From a virus (lineage: Duplodnaviria; Caudoviricetes): 24,957 nt of DNA. The stretch covers positions 1 through 24,957 of the IMG/VR virus record IMGVR_UViG_3300034084_000002. One strand, 5' to 3'. This document shows positions 1 to 7,580 of the stretch, one piece after another. Under the pieces are notes generated by a model. That model was given only the letters and a program-made list of their open reading frames with translations, was not told the DNA's origin and searched no databases. Position numbers and translations under genes: made by a program. Every line of letters starts with the position of its first letter. Within the stretch, counting starts at the first letter, position 1.

Positions 1-2442
1 CAACTCCTAACGCAAGCAGAGATTGAGGATCGGATGTACGGTAGCGGCATCGCCCGCACCCGTGCACGCATTGCGCAAGCGGAGGAGAAGGGCGAGGCGT
101 CACGGAACCCATACGCCGCCACAGTGTTTCGTGACTACGTGCTACCGCTCGCTACGCACCTTCACGAGGATGTGATGAAGCCGTCGGCAGGGCGCAGACA
201 GGCGCATGCCCAGCTCCTGCGCACGCTGGACTTGGAGGTGGTCGCTCTGCTCGCTGTGCGGGTGGTGCTGAGTACACTGCTGAGCAAGGATGCACCGAGT
301 ATGAGGCCCCTTGGTTACAGCATCGGGCGCACCATTCATTGCGAGCTGGTGCTTGCCCAGATTGAGCACATCAACCCTGACCTGTACCACACACTGGCTA
401 CGGACTTCGGACGCAGGAAGAGTAAGGATGTGCGCCACCGCATGACTGTGTTTAAGCAGCAGGCGGCGAAGCACGGAATCTACCTTGACGAGTGGTCGAT
501 GGGCTCCCGCGATCAGGTTGGCCTCTACCTGCTGGAGCACCTCGCCCGCCTCGGCATGATTACCATCAGCACCCCGCCCCAAGTGGCAGGCAAGCGCATC
601 GCTGGCCGCATTGCGGACCTGTCCGTGGCCCTGAGCGCCGAGGTGCTGGAAGTGGTGGCGGAAATCAAGGGCCTCGTGGAGGTCACCAGCCCCATGTACG
701 GCCCCTGCGTGGAGCCTCCCCGGGACTGGACCTCCTTCAACAATGGAGGATTCCATACCTCGGACATGCGGCGCGTGCACCAGTACCTCGTGAAGGCCCC
801 TAGCGCGGCGCGTGGGCTGCTTTTCGACGCGCCTATGCCCACGGTACTCCGTGCGGTAAACGCCCTCCAGAGGACCTCGTGGGCCGTCAATGGCCGGGTG
901 CTCGATGTGGTAATGGAAGTCGCCAAGTTCGCCAACGTGGGCGAGGTGGTCACCCTGCGGGAGGAGGGCAGGCCGGTGCCGCCGCTCTGGCTCAAGGACC
1001 ACGACAAAGGCGCGGACCGCACGGAGCAGCAGGACGCGGAGTTCATCGCGTGGAAGCGGGAGATGGCCGAATGGTACACGCAGCGCAAGCTGATGGGCGT
1101 GGCGTACGGCAGGTTCTATTCCGCCACCCGTGCCGCTGAGACGTTTCGTGAGTACCCTTCCCTGCACTTCGTGTACTTCGCGGACAGTCGGGGCAGGTTG
1201 TACCCGCTGACCTACGGCATCAACCCACAGGGTAGTGACTTGCAGAAGGCGCTGCTGCACTTCGCGGATGGCAAGCCGCTACATACGCCAGAGGCTGTGC
1301 GCTGGTTCCTAATCCACGGAGCCAACAAGTGGGGCTTCGACAAGGCCACACTGGATGACCGTGCTGCATGGCATAAGGATAAGCACAAGTTACTGATGGC
1401 GATAGCATCCGATCCAGTCAACCGAGAAGAATGGCGAGAGGCGGATAGCCCCTTGCAGTTTCTGGCGTGGTGTCTTGAGTACGCCGAGTGGCAGATTGAC
1501 CCGCAGGGGTTTGAGTCCCGCTTGCCGATCAGCATGGACGGTAGCTGCAATGGATTGCAGAATTTTTCTGCAATGCTACGCGATGAAGTAGGCGGACAGG
1601 CAACCAACCTGACCAACAACGCAGTCATGGAGGACATCTATAGACGCGTCGCAGACGCAGCTACGAAGCGCATGGCCGCCTTACCACACGACCCGGAAGG
1701 CATCATCGAGCGGTGGCTCACCCTTGGTATAGACCGCAGTGCTGTGAAGCGCAGCGTTATGACCACGCCGTATGGTGTGACAAAGCGCAGCGCAGTCAAG
1801 TACGTGATTGAGGACTACCTGCGCAAGGGCAAGGCACCCTGCTTTGATAGCAAGGAGTATTACGCAGCCGCTGCTGTGCTCATGGACTCCGTGTGGCCTG
1901 CCATTGGCGACGTTGTAGTCAAGAGCCGAGAGGCTATGGACTGGCTGTCGTTATCTGCCAAGCGGGTTGTCAAGGCTGTAGGTGAAGAGCGCGAGGGTGT
2001 GATCGCTTGGTTTACACCGAGTGGGTTCTTAGCTACACAGGCGTACTATGAACTTGAGGAGCATAGGATCAATACCCGGCTGCATGGTACTACTAAGATC
2101 AAGGTAGTATCAGAGAGCGATGAGGCGAGTTCTCATCGCCACGCATCTGGGCTGGCTCCTAACTTCGTGCACTCTATGGATGCTGCACATCTGCATTTGA
2201 CTACGGCGGAAGCCGATTCGCGCGGAATAGATGCACTCGCAATGATCCACGATGACTACGGAACGCATGCCGCGAACGCGGAGCTGCTGTACCGCATCAT
2301 CCGTGAGCAATTCGTAAGGATGTACGAGGACAACGACCCAATCAAGGAGTTCGCAGAGGCGTACCCCATGTGCACACCTCCGCCAAGTAAGGGCACGCTC
2401 AACCTGCGTGAGGTACTTGACTCTCAGTATTTCTTTTCGTAA
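1..2442 (+). CDS. T7-type single-subunit DNA-directed RNA polymerase (probably 5'-truncated; first in-window ATG at 34)
   Basis: Motifs DSRGRLYP, motif A DGSCNGLQ, motif B RSAVKRSVMTTPYG, PNFVHSMDAAH, motif C IHDDYGTH and C-terminal YFFS. The frame is open from base 1 (QLLTQAEIEDRM...), so the true start may lie just upstream; ATG 34 with GAGG at 25-28 is the alternative. Confidence 0.98.
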   Translation, partial: QLLTQAEIEDRMYGSGIARTRARIAQAEEKGEASRNPYAATVFRDYVLPLATHLHEDVMKPSAGRRQAHAQLLRTLDLEVVALLAVRVVLSTLLSKDAPSMRPLGYSIGRTIHCELVLAQIEHINPDLYHTLATDFGRRKSKDVRHRMTVFKQQAAKHGIYLDEWSMGSRDQVGLYLLEHLARLGMITISTPPQVAGKRIAGRIADLSVALSAEVLEVVAEIKGLVEVTSPMYGPCVEPPRDWTSFNNGGFHTSDMRRVHQYLVKAPSAARGLLFDAPMPTVLRAVNALQRTSWAVNGRVLDVVMEVAKFANVGEVVTLREEGRPVPPLWLKDHDKGADRTEQQDAEFIAWKREMAEWYTQRKLMGVAYGRFYSATRAAETFREYPSLHFVYFADSRGRLYPLTYGINPQGSDLQKALLHFADGKPLHTPEAVRWFLIHGANKWGFDKATLDDRAAWHKDKHKLLMAIASDPVNREEWREADSPLQFLAWCLEYAEWQIDPQGFESRLPISMDGSCNGLQNFSAMLRDEVGGQATNLTNNAVMEDIYRRVADAATKRMAALPHDPEGIIERWLTLGIDRSAVKRSVMTTPYGVTKRSAVKYVIEDYLRKGKAPCFDSKEYYAAAAVLMDSVWPAIGDVVVKSREAMDWLSLSAKRVVKAVGEEREGVIAWFTPSGFLATQAYYELEEHRINTRLHGTTKIKVVSESDEASSHRHASGLAPNFVHSMDAAHLHLTTAEADSRGIDALAMIHDDYGTHAANAELLYRIIREQFVRMYEDNDPIKEFAEAYPMCTPPPSKGTLNLREVLDSQYFFS

Positions 2443-2449
2443 CCTACTC

Positions 2450-2490
2450 TGTATATGTACTGAAAGTTCGCACCTTTTGGTACATATATA
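2450..2490 (+). other. 17-bp RNA hairpin after the RNAP gene (candidate RNase III/processing or regulatory structure)
   Basis: TGTATATGTACTGAAAG (2450-2466), loop TTCGCAC, CTTTTGGTACATATATA (2474-2490): 14 Watson-Crick pairs plus 3 G-U pairs. Confidence 0.6.
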
Positions 2491-2493
2491 AGG
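2474..2493 (+). promoter_or_regulatory. Phage RNAP promoter, copy 1
   Basis: CTTTTGGTACATATATAAGG; core TTGGTACATATATA at 2477-2490 is identical at 5827 and 18265; AT-rich intergenic site at the start of the late region. Confidence 0.85.
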
Positions 2494-2501
2494 ACCACAC
2501 C

Positions 2502-2684
2502 ATGACCAAACCGCAAACAACTACCACCAACTACGCACGGCTCACGCCGAATGTCTACGCCGACCTTGAACGCAAGGTAGGCATGATCCTCGTCAATCGA
2601 GAGACCACCGAGCACATGGCAGGCTACCAGCTTGGCGTGCAGGCTGTGCTCAAGCTGCTGCGGGAGGGCTATGTCGTTGGCTAA
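2502..2684 (+). CDS. Small hypothetical protein (60 aa), typical post-RNAP gene of phiKMV-type phages
   Basis: AAGGA RBS at 2490-2494, good codon usage, syntenic position, overlaps the next gene. Confidence 0.85.
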   Translation: MTKPQTTTTNYARLTPNVYADLERKVGMILVNRETTEHMAGYQLGVQAVLKLLREGYVVG

Positions 2685-3153
2685 CTACGTGATGGCCCGT
2701 GACCTCTCACGGGAGGACCGTGGCTACCTTGTCAACCTCGCCCCGTACGCGTTTGACGTGCTCACTGCCCGTGCGAGAGAAGGCGGGCGTGATTGGACTG
2801 CGCGACTCAACAAGGAGTTCGTGGTCCAGCAGTACATCGCTGCGTTCTACGCAGACCCGGGTGACCCCTTAGAGGCGGTCGTACTTGATGGGTCTTACGC
2901 GGTGCTATTCCAAGCGGGCCGCTTGTGGCATGAGCAGTATCCGTGGATTCTGGAACAGGCGCTGTTCAAAATCCCAACTCGGCATGGCTCGATTTCACGG
3001 GCGATGCAGGGCTTGGAGCAGCTCGCCAAGGATCGGGGCTGCGTAGGCGTTGCTATTGGCACGAGCCTAGCTGCACGCGATGCAGGCATGGCCCGGTTGT
3101 TCTCCCGTCTCGGCTACGAGGCGCACTCCCTACACTTACTCAAGGAACTATAA
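2671..3153 (+). CDS. Putative GNAT-fold acetyltransferase-like protein (160 aa)
   Basis: ATG 2671 preceded by GGGAGG; C-terminal pattern LEQLAKDRGCVGVAIGTS...ARLFSRLGYE resembles the GNAT C-terminal motifs; syntenic with the GNAT-like gene of phiKMV-type phages. Confidence 0.7.
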   Translation: MSLANYVMARDLSREDRGYLVNLAPYAFDVLTARAREGGRDWTARLNKEFVVQQYIAAFYADPGDPLEAVVLDGSYAVLFQAGRLWHEQYPWILEQALFKIPTRHGSISRAMQGLEQLAKDRGCVGVAIGTSLAARDAGMARLFSRLGYEAHSLHLLKEL

Positions 3154-3497
3154 TGGCAATCGTCTCAGCGATCACGGAATCGTTTGGCCGCCTAGTGGGC
3201 TACGACCCAGCAGGCGACAGGAAGAAGCAGGCAGACCGTCAGGCGGATCAGATCGCCGCATCTGCTGCCGCCACCCGCCAGCAGGCGACTGAAGCTGCAC
3301 GCGGTGCCGCACTCTCGCAGGAGCAGAACGCTGCCCGTGCGAAGGTGGAGCAGCAGGTTGCAGACATCGCGCAGGCCACACCAGCAGACCAGCCGGTGGT
3401 GGACATCGGCGCTACTGGTGCTGGCGTCAGCACGCAGCGCAAACGCGCCCGCTTCCAAGCCCCCTCTTCTGTCGCGGCTGGCTCAATCCGCATTTAA
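3153..3497 (+). CDS. Small Ala/Gln-rich virion protein upstream of portal (114 aa)
   Basis: TAATG stop/start overlap, AAGGA RBS; basic C-terminus ending RKRARF...GSIRI as typical of small pre-portal virion proteins of T7-like phages. Confidence 0.8.
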   Translation: MAIVSAITESFGRLVGYDPAGDRKKQADRQADQIAASAAATRQQATEAARGAALSQEQNAARAKVEQQVADIAQATPADQPVVDIGATGAGVSTQRKRARFQAPSSVAAGSIRI

Positions 3498-3507
3498 GGA
3501 GTAACCG

Positions 3508-5046
3508 ATGAAGAACACCGCCCAAGGCGAGTGGTCCAAACTTGATGGACAGCGCACCAGCTTTATCAAGAGGTGCGAAAAGTACGCAGCGTTTACGCTT
3601 GCTCGCTTGTGCACAGCGGTGGGCTACAACCAGAACTCCAACGAGCTACAACACGACTGGCAATCAGTCGGTGCGCAGGCCACGAACCACATTGTCAACA
3701 AGCTGGTGCTCGCCCTCTTCGCTCCCTCCCGACCATTCATCCGCCTTGAGGCAGATGCGCAGTGGAAGGCACAGCAGGTTGCCGCTGGCGTACCAGAGGC
3801 AGACATCGACGAGACGCTAGCGCGTGGTGAACAGGCGGCGGTGCGCGAGCTTGACCGCAGAGGTACTACCCGCCCCAAGCTATATCAGGCGCTATCCAAT
3901 CTGGTGGTGCTCGGCAACGTGCTCGCGTACTTTCCATCCGAAAAGGGTGAGGACATGCGGGTATATGGGATCAAGTCCTACGTCGTCCGCAGGACGGGAC
4001 TGGGCAAGATCAAGACGCTCATCGTACGAGAACAGCTCGCCTTCGACGAGCTTGAACCATCGGTGCAGGCGTACTGCAACACGCAGGCTACTCGCAACAA
4101 CGACGACTCGCACATCAGCTACTTCCGCTGGATCGAACGGCAGAAGGACGGCAAGTATCGCATGTCGCAGTGGGTCAACACCACACGCCTACCAGCGGAG
4201 TTCGACGGCTACTGGCCGGAAGACCGCCTGCCGTACCGTGCACTGACGTGGAACCTCGCAGACGAGGATGACTACGGCACGGGCCTCGTTGAAGACTTCT
4301 CCGGGGACTTCGCTGCATTGTCTGCCCTAAGTGAGGCGCAGATCAAGGGGGCGCTGCTCGCGTCGGAGTTCCGCTGGCTGGTTAACCCGGGTGGTATGAC
4401 GACCCCCGAGGATTTCGAGCAGAGTGAGAACGGTGCTGCCATCCCCGGCATGCCCGGCGACATCGAGTTGATTGCCAACAGCAAACCCGGCGACCTCCAG
4501 CTTGTGCAGAACATCGGCGCTGACTATATCCGGCGTATCGGCCAAGGCTTCCTACTCAACAGCGCGGTGACCCGCGATGCAGAGCGTGTGACAGCCGAGG
4601 AGATTCGCAGGCAGGCGCAGGAACTGGAGACCTCCCTCGGGGGCACGTACTCCCGGATCGCTGTGGACTTCCAAGGGCCTCTCGCGGACTGGCTGCTCGC
4701 CTCCGTGGACTTGAACTTGCGCAATACCAAGATCAAGCGCGTGATCGTTACGGGCCTCGACGCCCTGTCACGCTCCGGCGACCTCGACGCGTTGCGCACC
4801 GCCCTCGCGGATGTGGCGAGTATCTCTAGCCTGCCACCCGCCATCTTGGCGACGCTCCGACTGGACGTTATCAATGCGACCATCTTCCACGGCCACGGCC
4901 TACCAGCCAACAAGTTCGTGAAGACGCAGGCGGAAATCGCAGCAGCGCAACAACAGCAGCAAGCAGACGAGGAAGCAGCCGTCGTAAACGAGCAAGCAGC
5001 TAAAGCCGCTTCGGCATCATACACACAGGAACAGACTACCAAATGA
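3508..5046 (+). CDS. Portal protein (head-tail connector, T7 gp8-like)
   Basis: 512 aa; motifs QSVGAQATNHIVNKLVLALF, DYGTGLVED, RDAERVTAEEIR, ELETSLGGTYS, VTGLDALSR; AAGGAG RBS. Confidence 0.97.
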   Translation: MKNTAQGEWSKLDGQRTSFIKRCEKYAAFTLARLCTAVGYNQNSNELQHDWQSVGAQATNHIVNKLVLALFAPSRPFIRLEADAQWKAQQVAAGVPEADIDETLARGEQAAVRELDRRGTTRPKLYQALSNLVVLGNVLAYFPSEKGEDMRVYGIKSYVVRRTGLGKIKTLIVREQLAFDELEPSVQAYCNTQATRNNDDSHISYFRWIERQKDGKYRMSQWVNTTRLPAEFDGYWPEDRLPYRALTWNLADEDDYGTGLVEDFSGDFAALSALSEAQIKGALLASEFRWLVNPGGMTTPEDFEQSENGAAIPGMPGDIELIANSKPGDLQLVQNIGADYIRRIGQGFLLNSAVTRDAERVTAEEIRRQAQELETSLGGTYSRIAVDFQGPLADWLLASVDLNLRNTKIKRVIVTGLDALSRSGDLDALRTALADVASISSLPPAILATLRLDVINATIFHGHGLPANKFVKTQAEIAAAQQQQQADEEAAVVNEQAAKAASASYTQEQTTK

Positions 5047-5825
5047 GTGACTCCACTTCTACCGCCACCGCAACTACCGAGACAACCACGGTCGCTACAG
5101 AGACGCCTGCGACAGTAGCGCCATTGGCGGTTGCCCTCACTACCACCGAGCCGGTAGCCGCCGCTACTGAACCTGCTGCCACTACGGACACCGCAACTGG
5201 CGCTGTGGAGTACGAGCAGACAGGTGACGCGGGGCTGGACTACGCCCTCAACTTCGTGGGCAAACTGGGCTTCGGCCCAACGAGCCCCGCTATCCAAGCC
5301 GCCCAGACTGGCGACTTCTCCCTGTTGCAGGCGCAGCTTGCCACACTGGGGCCGAAGGCCGCAGGCTACGAGGATGTCCTTGCGCTCGCCAAGGCAGCGT
5401 TCTCTACCGCCCAAGAGAAGGCGAAGTCGTCTGCTGCCGAGTTGAGCAAGTGGGCTGCTGCCGCTGCCGGTGGACCGGAGCGATGGAACGAAGTGCAGGC
5501 GTGGGCAAGCAAGGCGGCTGATCCCGCAGAGAAGGCGCAGATCAACGCTGCGCTGGCCGCTGGTGGCGTGCAGGCCAAGATGGCACTGGACTACTTGGTG
5601 AAGTGCTTTAACGCCAGCAGTGTCAGCACGAAGGAGCCTGCGAAGGTGGTTGGCGATAACGCTACAGCCAACTCGGCACCCAGCACCGGCCCGCTGACGG
5701 CAAAGGAGTACGCTGCGGCTGTGCACGAGCTTGCCCGTAAGGCCAATGGCCGGGACATTTCGAGCAACCCGGAGTACCAACAGCTCCAAGCCCGCCGCCT
5801 CGCCGCACGCAGGCAGGGCAAGTGA
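5043..5825 (+). CDS. Capsid scaffolding protein (T7 gp9-like)
   Basis: Between portal and capsid, ATGA overlap, low-complexity Thr/Ala N-terminus, AGGPERWNEVQAWA motif, Arg-rich C-terminal helix. Confidence 0.92.
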   Translation: MSDSTSTATATTETTTVATETPATVAPLAVALTTTEPVAAATEPAATTDTATGAVEYEQTGDAGLDYALNFVGKLGFGPTSPAIQAAQTGDFSLLQAQLATLGPKAAGYEDVLALAKAAFSTAQEKAKSSAAELSKWAAAAAGGPERWNEVQAWASKAADPAEKAQINAALAAGGVQAKMALDYLVKCFNASSVSTKEPAKVVGDNATANSAPSTGPLTAKEYAAAVHELARKANGRDISSNPEYQQLQARRLAARRQGK

Positions 5826-5843
5826 ATTGGTACATATATAGAG
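5824..5843 (+). promoter_or_regulatory. Phage RNAP promoter, copy 2 (capsid promoter)
   Basis: GAATTGGTACATATATAGAG; core at 5827-5840, predicted +1 G at 5841; position equivalent to T7 phi10. Confidence 0.88.
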
Positions 5844-5870
5844 AACACCCGCCCTACGCGGGGCGGGCTC
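5841..5870 (+). promoter_or_regulatory. 5'-leader stem-loop of capsid mRNA
   Basis: CCCGCCCT-ACGC-GGGGCGGG (5848-5867), with GAG 5841-5843 able to pair with CTC 5868-5870; no U tract; analogous to the T7 gene 10 leader hairpin. Confidence 0.6.
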
Positions 5871-5899
5871 GTTAACTAACAAACTGATAGGAGGCCACA

Positions 5900-6916
5900 A
5901 TGGCTTTGGATGATGTCTTCACAACCACGTTCCCGAACTCGATCAACGGGGTGGATACCACGCAGGCAGACAAGCATGCGCTGATGATCGAAGAGTTCAC
6001 GGGTATGGTTGAGGGCACGATTGCCCGCCGCTCCGTGATGCAGGGCATGGTGCCCGTGCGCTCTGTCAAGGGTACGGCTACCTTTACCAACAACGCCGTG
6101 GGCAAATCTACCTTGCAGAAGGTAGTCCCCGGCACCCAACTGGACGGCACGAAATCGGACTTCTCCAAAGCCGCTGTGACCGTCGATACCGTCGTGGCCG
6201 CACGCGAGTCCTTCCCGTTGCTGGATGTCTTCCAGACCAATATGGACACACGCCGTGAAGTCGCCACCGAGCAGGGCAAGGAAATCTCCAAGTTCTACGA
6301 CCAAGCGTTCTTCATCCAAGCGGTGAAGGCCGCGCTGCTCGCTGAGTCCGCGTACTCCCGTGGTTCCGCTGGCAAGCCCGCAGGCCACTTCGGCGGCTCG
6401 CAAGAGACGCTGGCCCTCGCTGGCGACCTGTCCGATCCGGCCAAACTGTACGCGGCTCTCGCCCGCCTGCTGGTCAAGATGGAGAACAAGGACGTTGACC
6501 CTCGCAACGACGACGTGATGATCGTTGTCAAGCCCGCTGAGTATTACACCCTGATCCAAGCCGAGCAACTCGTCAACACCGAGTACACCACGGCTGCTGG
6601 TAACAAGGTGAATGACGCATGGGTGCTCAAGACCTACGGCGTGCCCGTGTTCAGCTCCAACAACCTGCCCGCTGGCCTCAACATCAGCGGCCACCTGTTG
6701 TCCAACGCTGGCAACAGCAACGCCTACGACGGTGACTTCACCAAGCTGGGCGCTCTGGCGTTCTCGGCCCGCGCCATCATGGCCGGTGAGACCATCCCGC
6801 TGGAAAGCGACATCTTCTACGACAAGCTGTACAAGGCGTGGTTCGTGGACTCGCACCTCGCCTTCGCTGTCGGCCCCAACCGGGCTGAGTACGCTGGCGC
6901 GATCCTGCTCCCGTAA
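5900..6916 (+). CDS. Major capsid protein (T7 gp10-like)
   Basis: 338 aa; ALMIEEFTGMVE N-terminal motif, strong AGGAGG RBS, highly biased codons, own promoter and downstream terminator. Confidence 0.97.
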   Translation: MALDDVFTTTFPNSINGVDTTQADKHALMIEEFTGMVEGTIARRSVMQGMVPVRSVKGTATFTNNAVGKSTLQKVVPGTQLDGTKSDFSKAAVTVDTVVAARESFPLLDVFQTNMDTRREVATEQGKEISKFYDQAFFIQAVKAALLAESAYSRGSAGKPAGHFGGSQETLALAGDLSDPAKLYAALARLLVKMENKDVDPRNDDVMIVVKPAEYYTLIQAEQLVNTEYTTAAGNKVNDAWVLKTYGVPVFSSNNLPAGLNISGHLLSNAGNSNAYDGDFTKLGALAFSARAIMAGETIPLESDIFYDKLYKAWFVDSHLAFAVGPNRAEYAGAILLP

Positions 6917-6934
6917 TCGCTGAACCCAGCCACC

Positions 6935-6965
6935 AAGACCCCACCTCACCCGAGGTGGGGTTTTT
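6935..6965 (+). terminator. Intrinsic terminator after capsid gene (T-phi equivalent)
   Basis: ACCCCACCTC-ACCC-GAGGTGGGGT stem followed by a T run (6961-6965). Confidence 0.9.
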
Positions 6966-6983
6966 GCGCATTTTGGAAAGAAC

Positions 6984-7571
6984 ATGGAAGTAACTACTCT
7001 CTCAATCGTTAATGAAATGCTGGGGCTGCTGGGTGAATTGCCGATCAACGACCTCGACGCCTTCCACCCGGTAGTGCCCCGCGCACTCGCAACCCTGAAC
7101 ACAGCGAACGCTGTAATCCAAGCCAAGCCTTGGTGGTTCAACACTGAATACCCCACGCTCGTGCCCCAAGTTGGCACGAACGAGATTATGCTGCCCGCTG
7201 ACACGCTCTCCGTGGACAGCCTCACAGCATCGCCCAACGTGGCACAGCGCGGACGCCGCCTGTACAACGCTACCGACAGCACCTACGAGTTCACCGCCCC
7301 TGTGAAGTGCATCATTTCGCGCCTCATCCCCTTCGATGACCTCCCGATTAGCATCCGCTCCTACGTGGGCGCAGAGGCGCTGCTCATCTTCCAGAACACC
7401 ATCGACGGTGACCAAGTGAAGACCAACCTCCTCGTTGCCCGCAGGCAGTCAGCGTCCAATGACGCCAAGGCTGAGAACACACGTAGGCGCAAATCCAACA
7501 TGTTCAATCGCCCCGGCATCGCGTACACGCTCGCACAGATTGCGGGCACGCAGCGCATCCGGCGCATCTAA
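6984..7571 (+). CDS. Tail tubular protein A (T7 gp11-like adaptor)
   Basis: 195 aa; LSIVNEMLGLLGELPINDL, WWFNTE, RGRRLYN, FDDLP motifs; synteny. Confidence 0.95.
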   Translation: MEVTTLSIVNEMLGLLGELPINDLDAFHPVVPRALATLNTANAVIQAKPWWFNTEYPTLVPQVGTNEIMLPADTLSVDSLTASPNVAQRGRRLYNATDSTYEFTAPVKCIISRLIPFDDLPISIRSYVGAEALLIFQNTIDGDQVKTNLLVARRQSASNDAKAENTRRRKSNMFNRPGIAYTLAQIAGTQRIRRI

Positions 7572-7580
7572 GGAGACACC

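Noticed and set aside
142-1260. 372-aa minus-strand ORF inside RNAP, and the many other nested short ORFs in the track
   Set aside because: Fully overlap well-supported genes; expected at this GC content.
2632-3153. Longer starts given in the ORF track (2632, also 2943, 10082, 19345)
   Set aside because: They overlap upstream genes extensively; downstream ATGs at 2671, 3153, 10124 and 19402 have RBS or stop-start coupling.
4938-5200. GCA/CAG-rich run at portal C-terminus and Thr/Ala-rich scaffold N-terminus
   Set aside because: Ordinary low-complexity protein termini, not a DNA repeat array or CRISPR.
4524-5900. 458-aa minus-strand ORF opposite portal and scaffold
   Set aside because: Shadow ORF with Arg/Ser/Cys-rich low-information translation.
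6900-6993. T7 10B-style frameshift extension of the capsid protein
   Set aside because: The +1 frame stops at 6923; the -1 frame gives only about 26 residues running through the terminator; no clear slippery site.
5876-7282. 468-aa minus-strand ORF opposite capsid and tail tubular A
   Set aside because: Antisense shadow of strongly codon-biased GC-rich genes; no recognisable motifs or RBS; T7-like genomes are transcribed from one strand.
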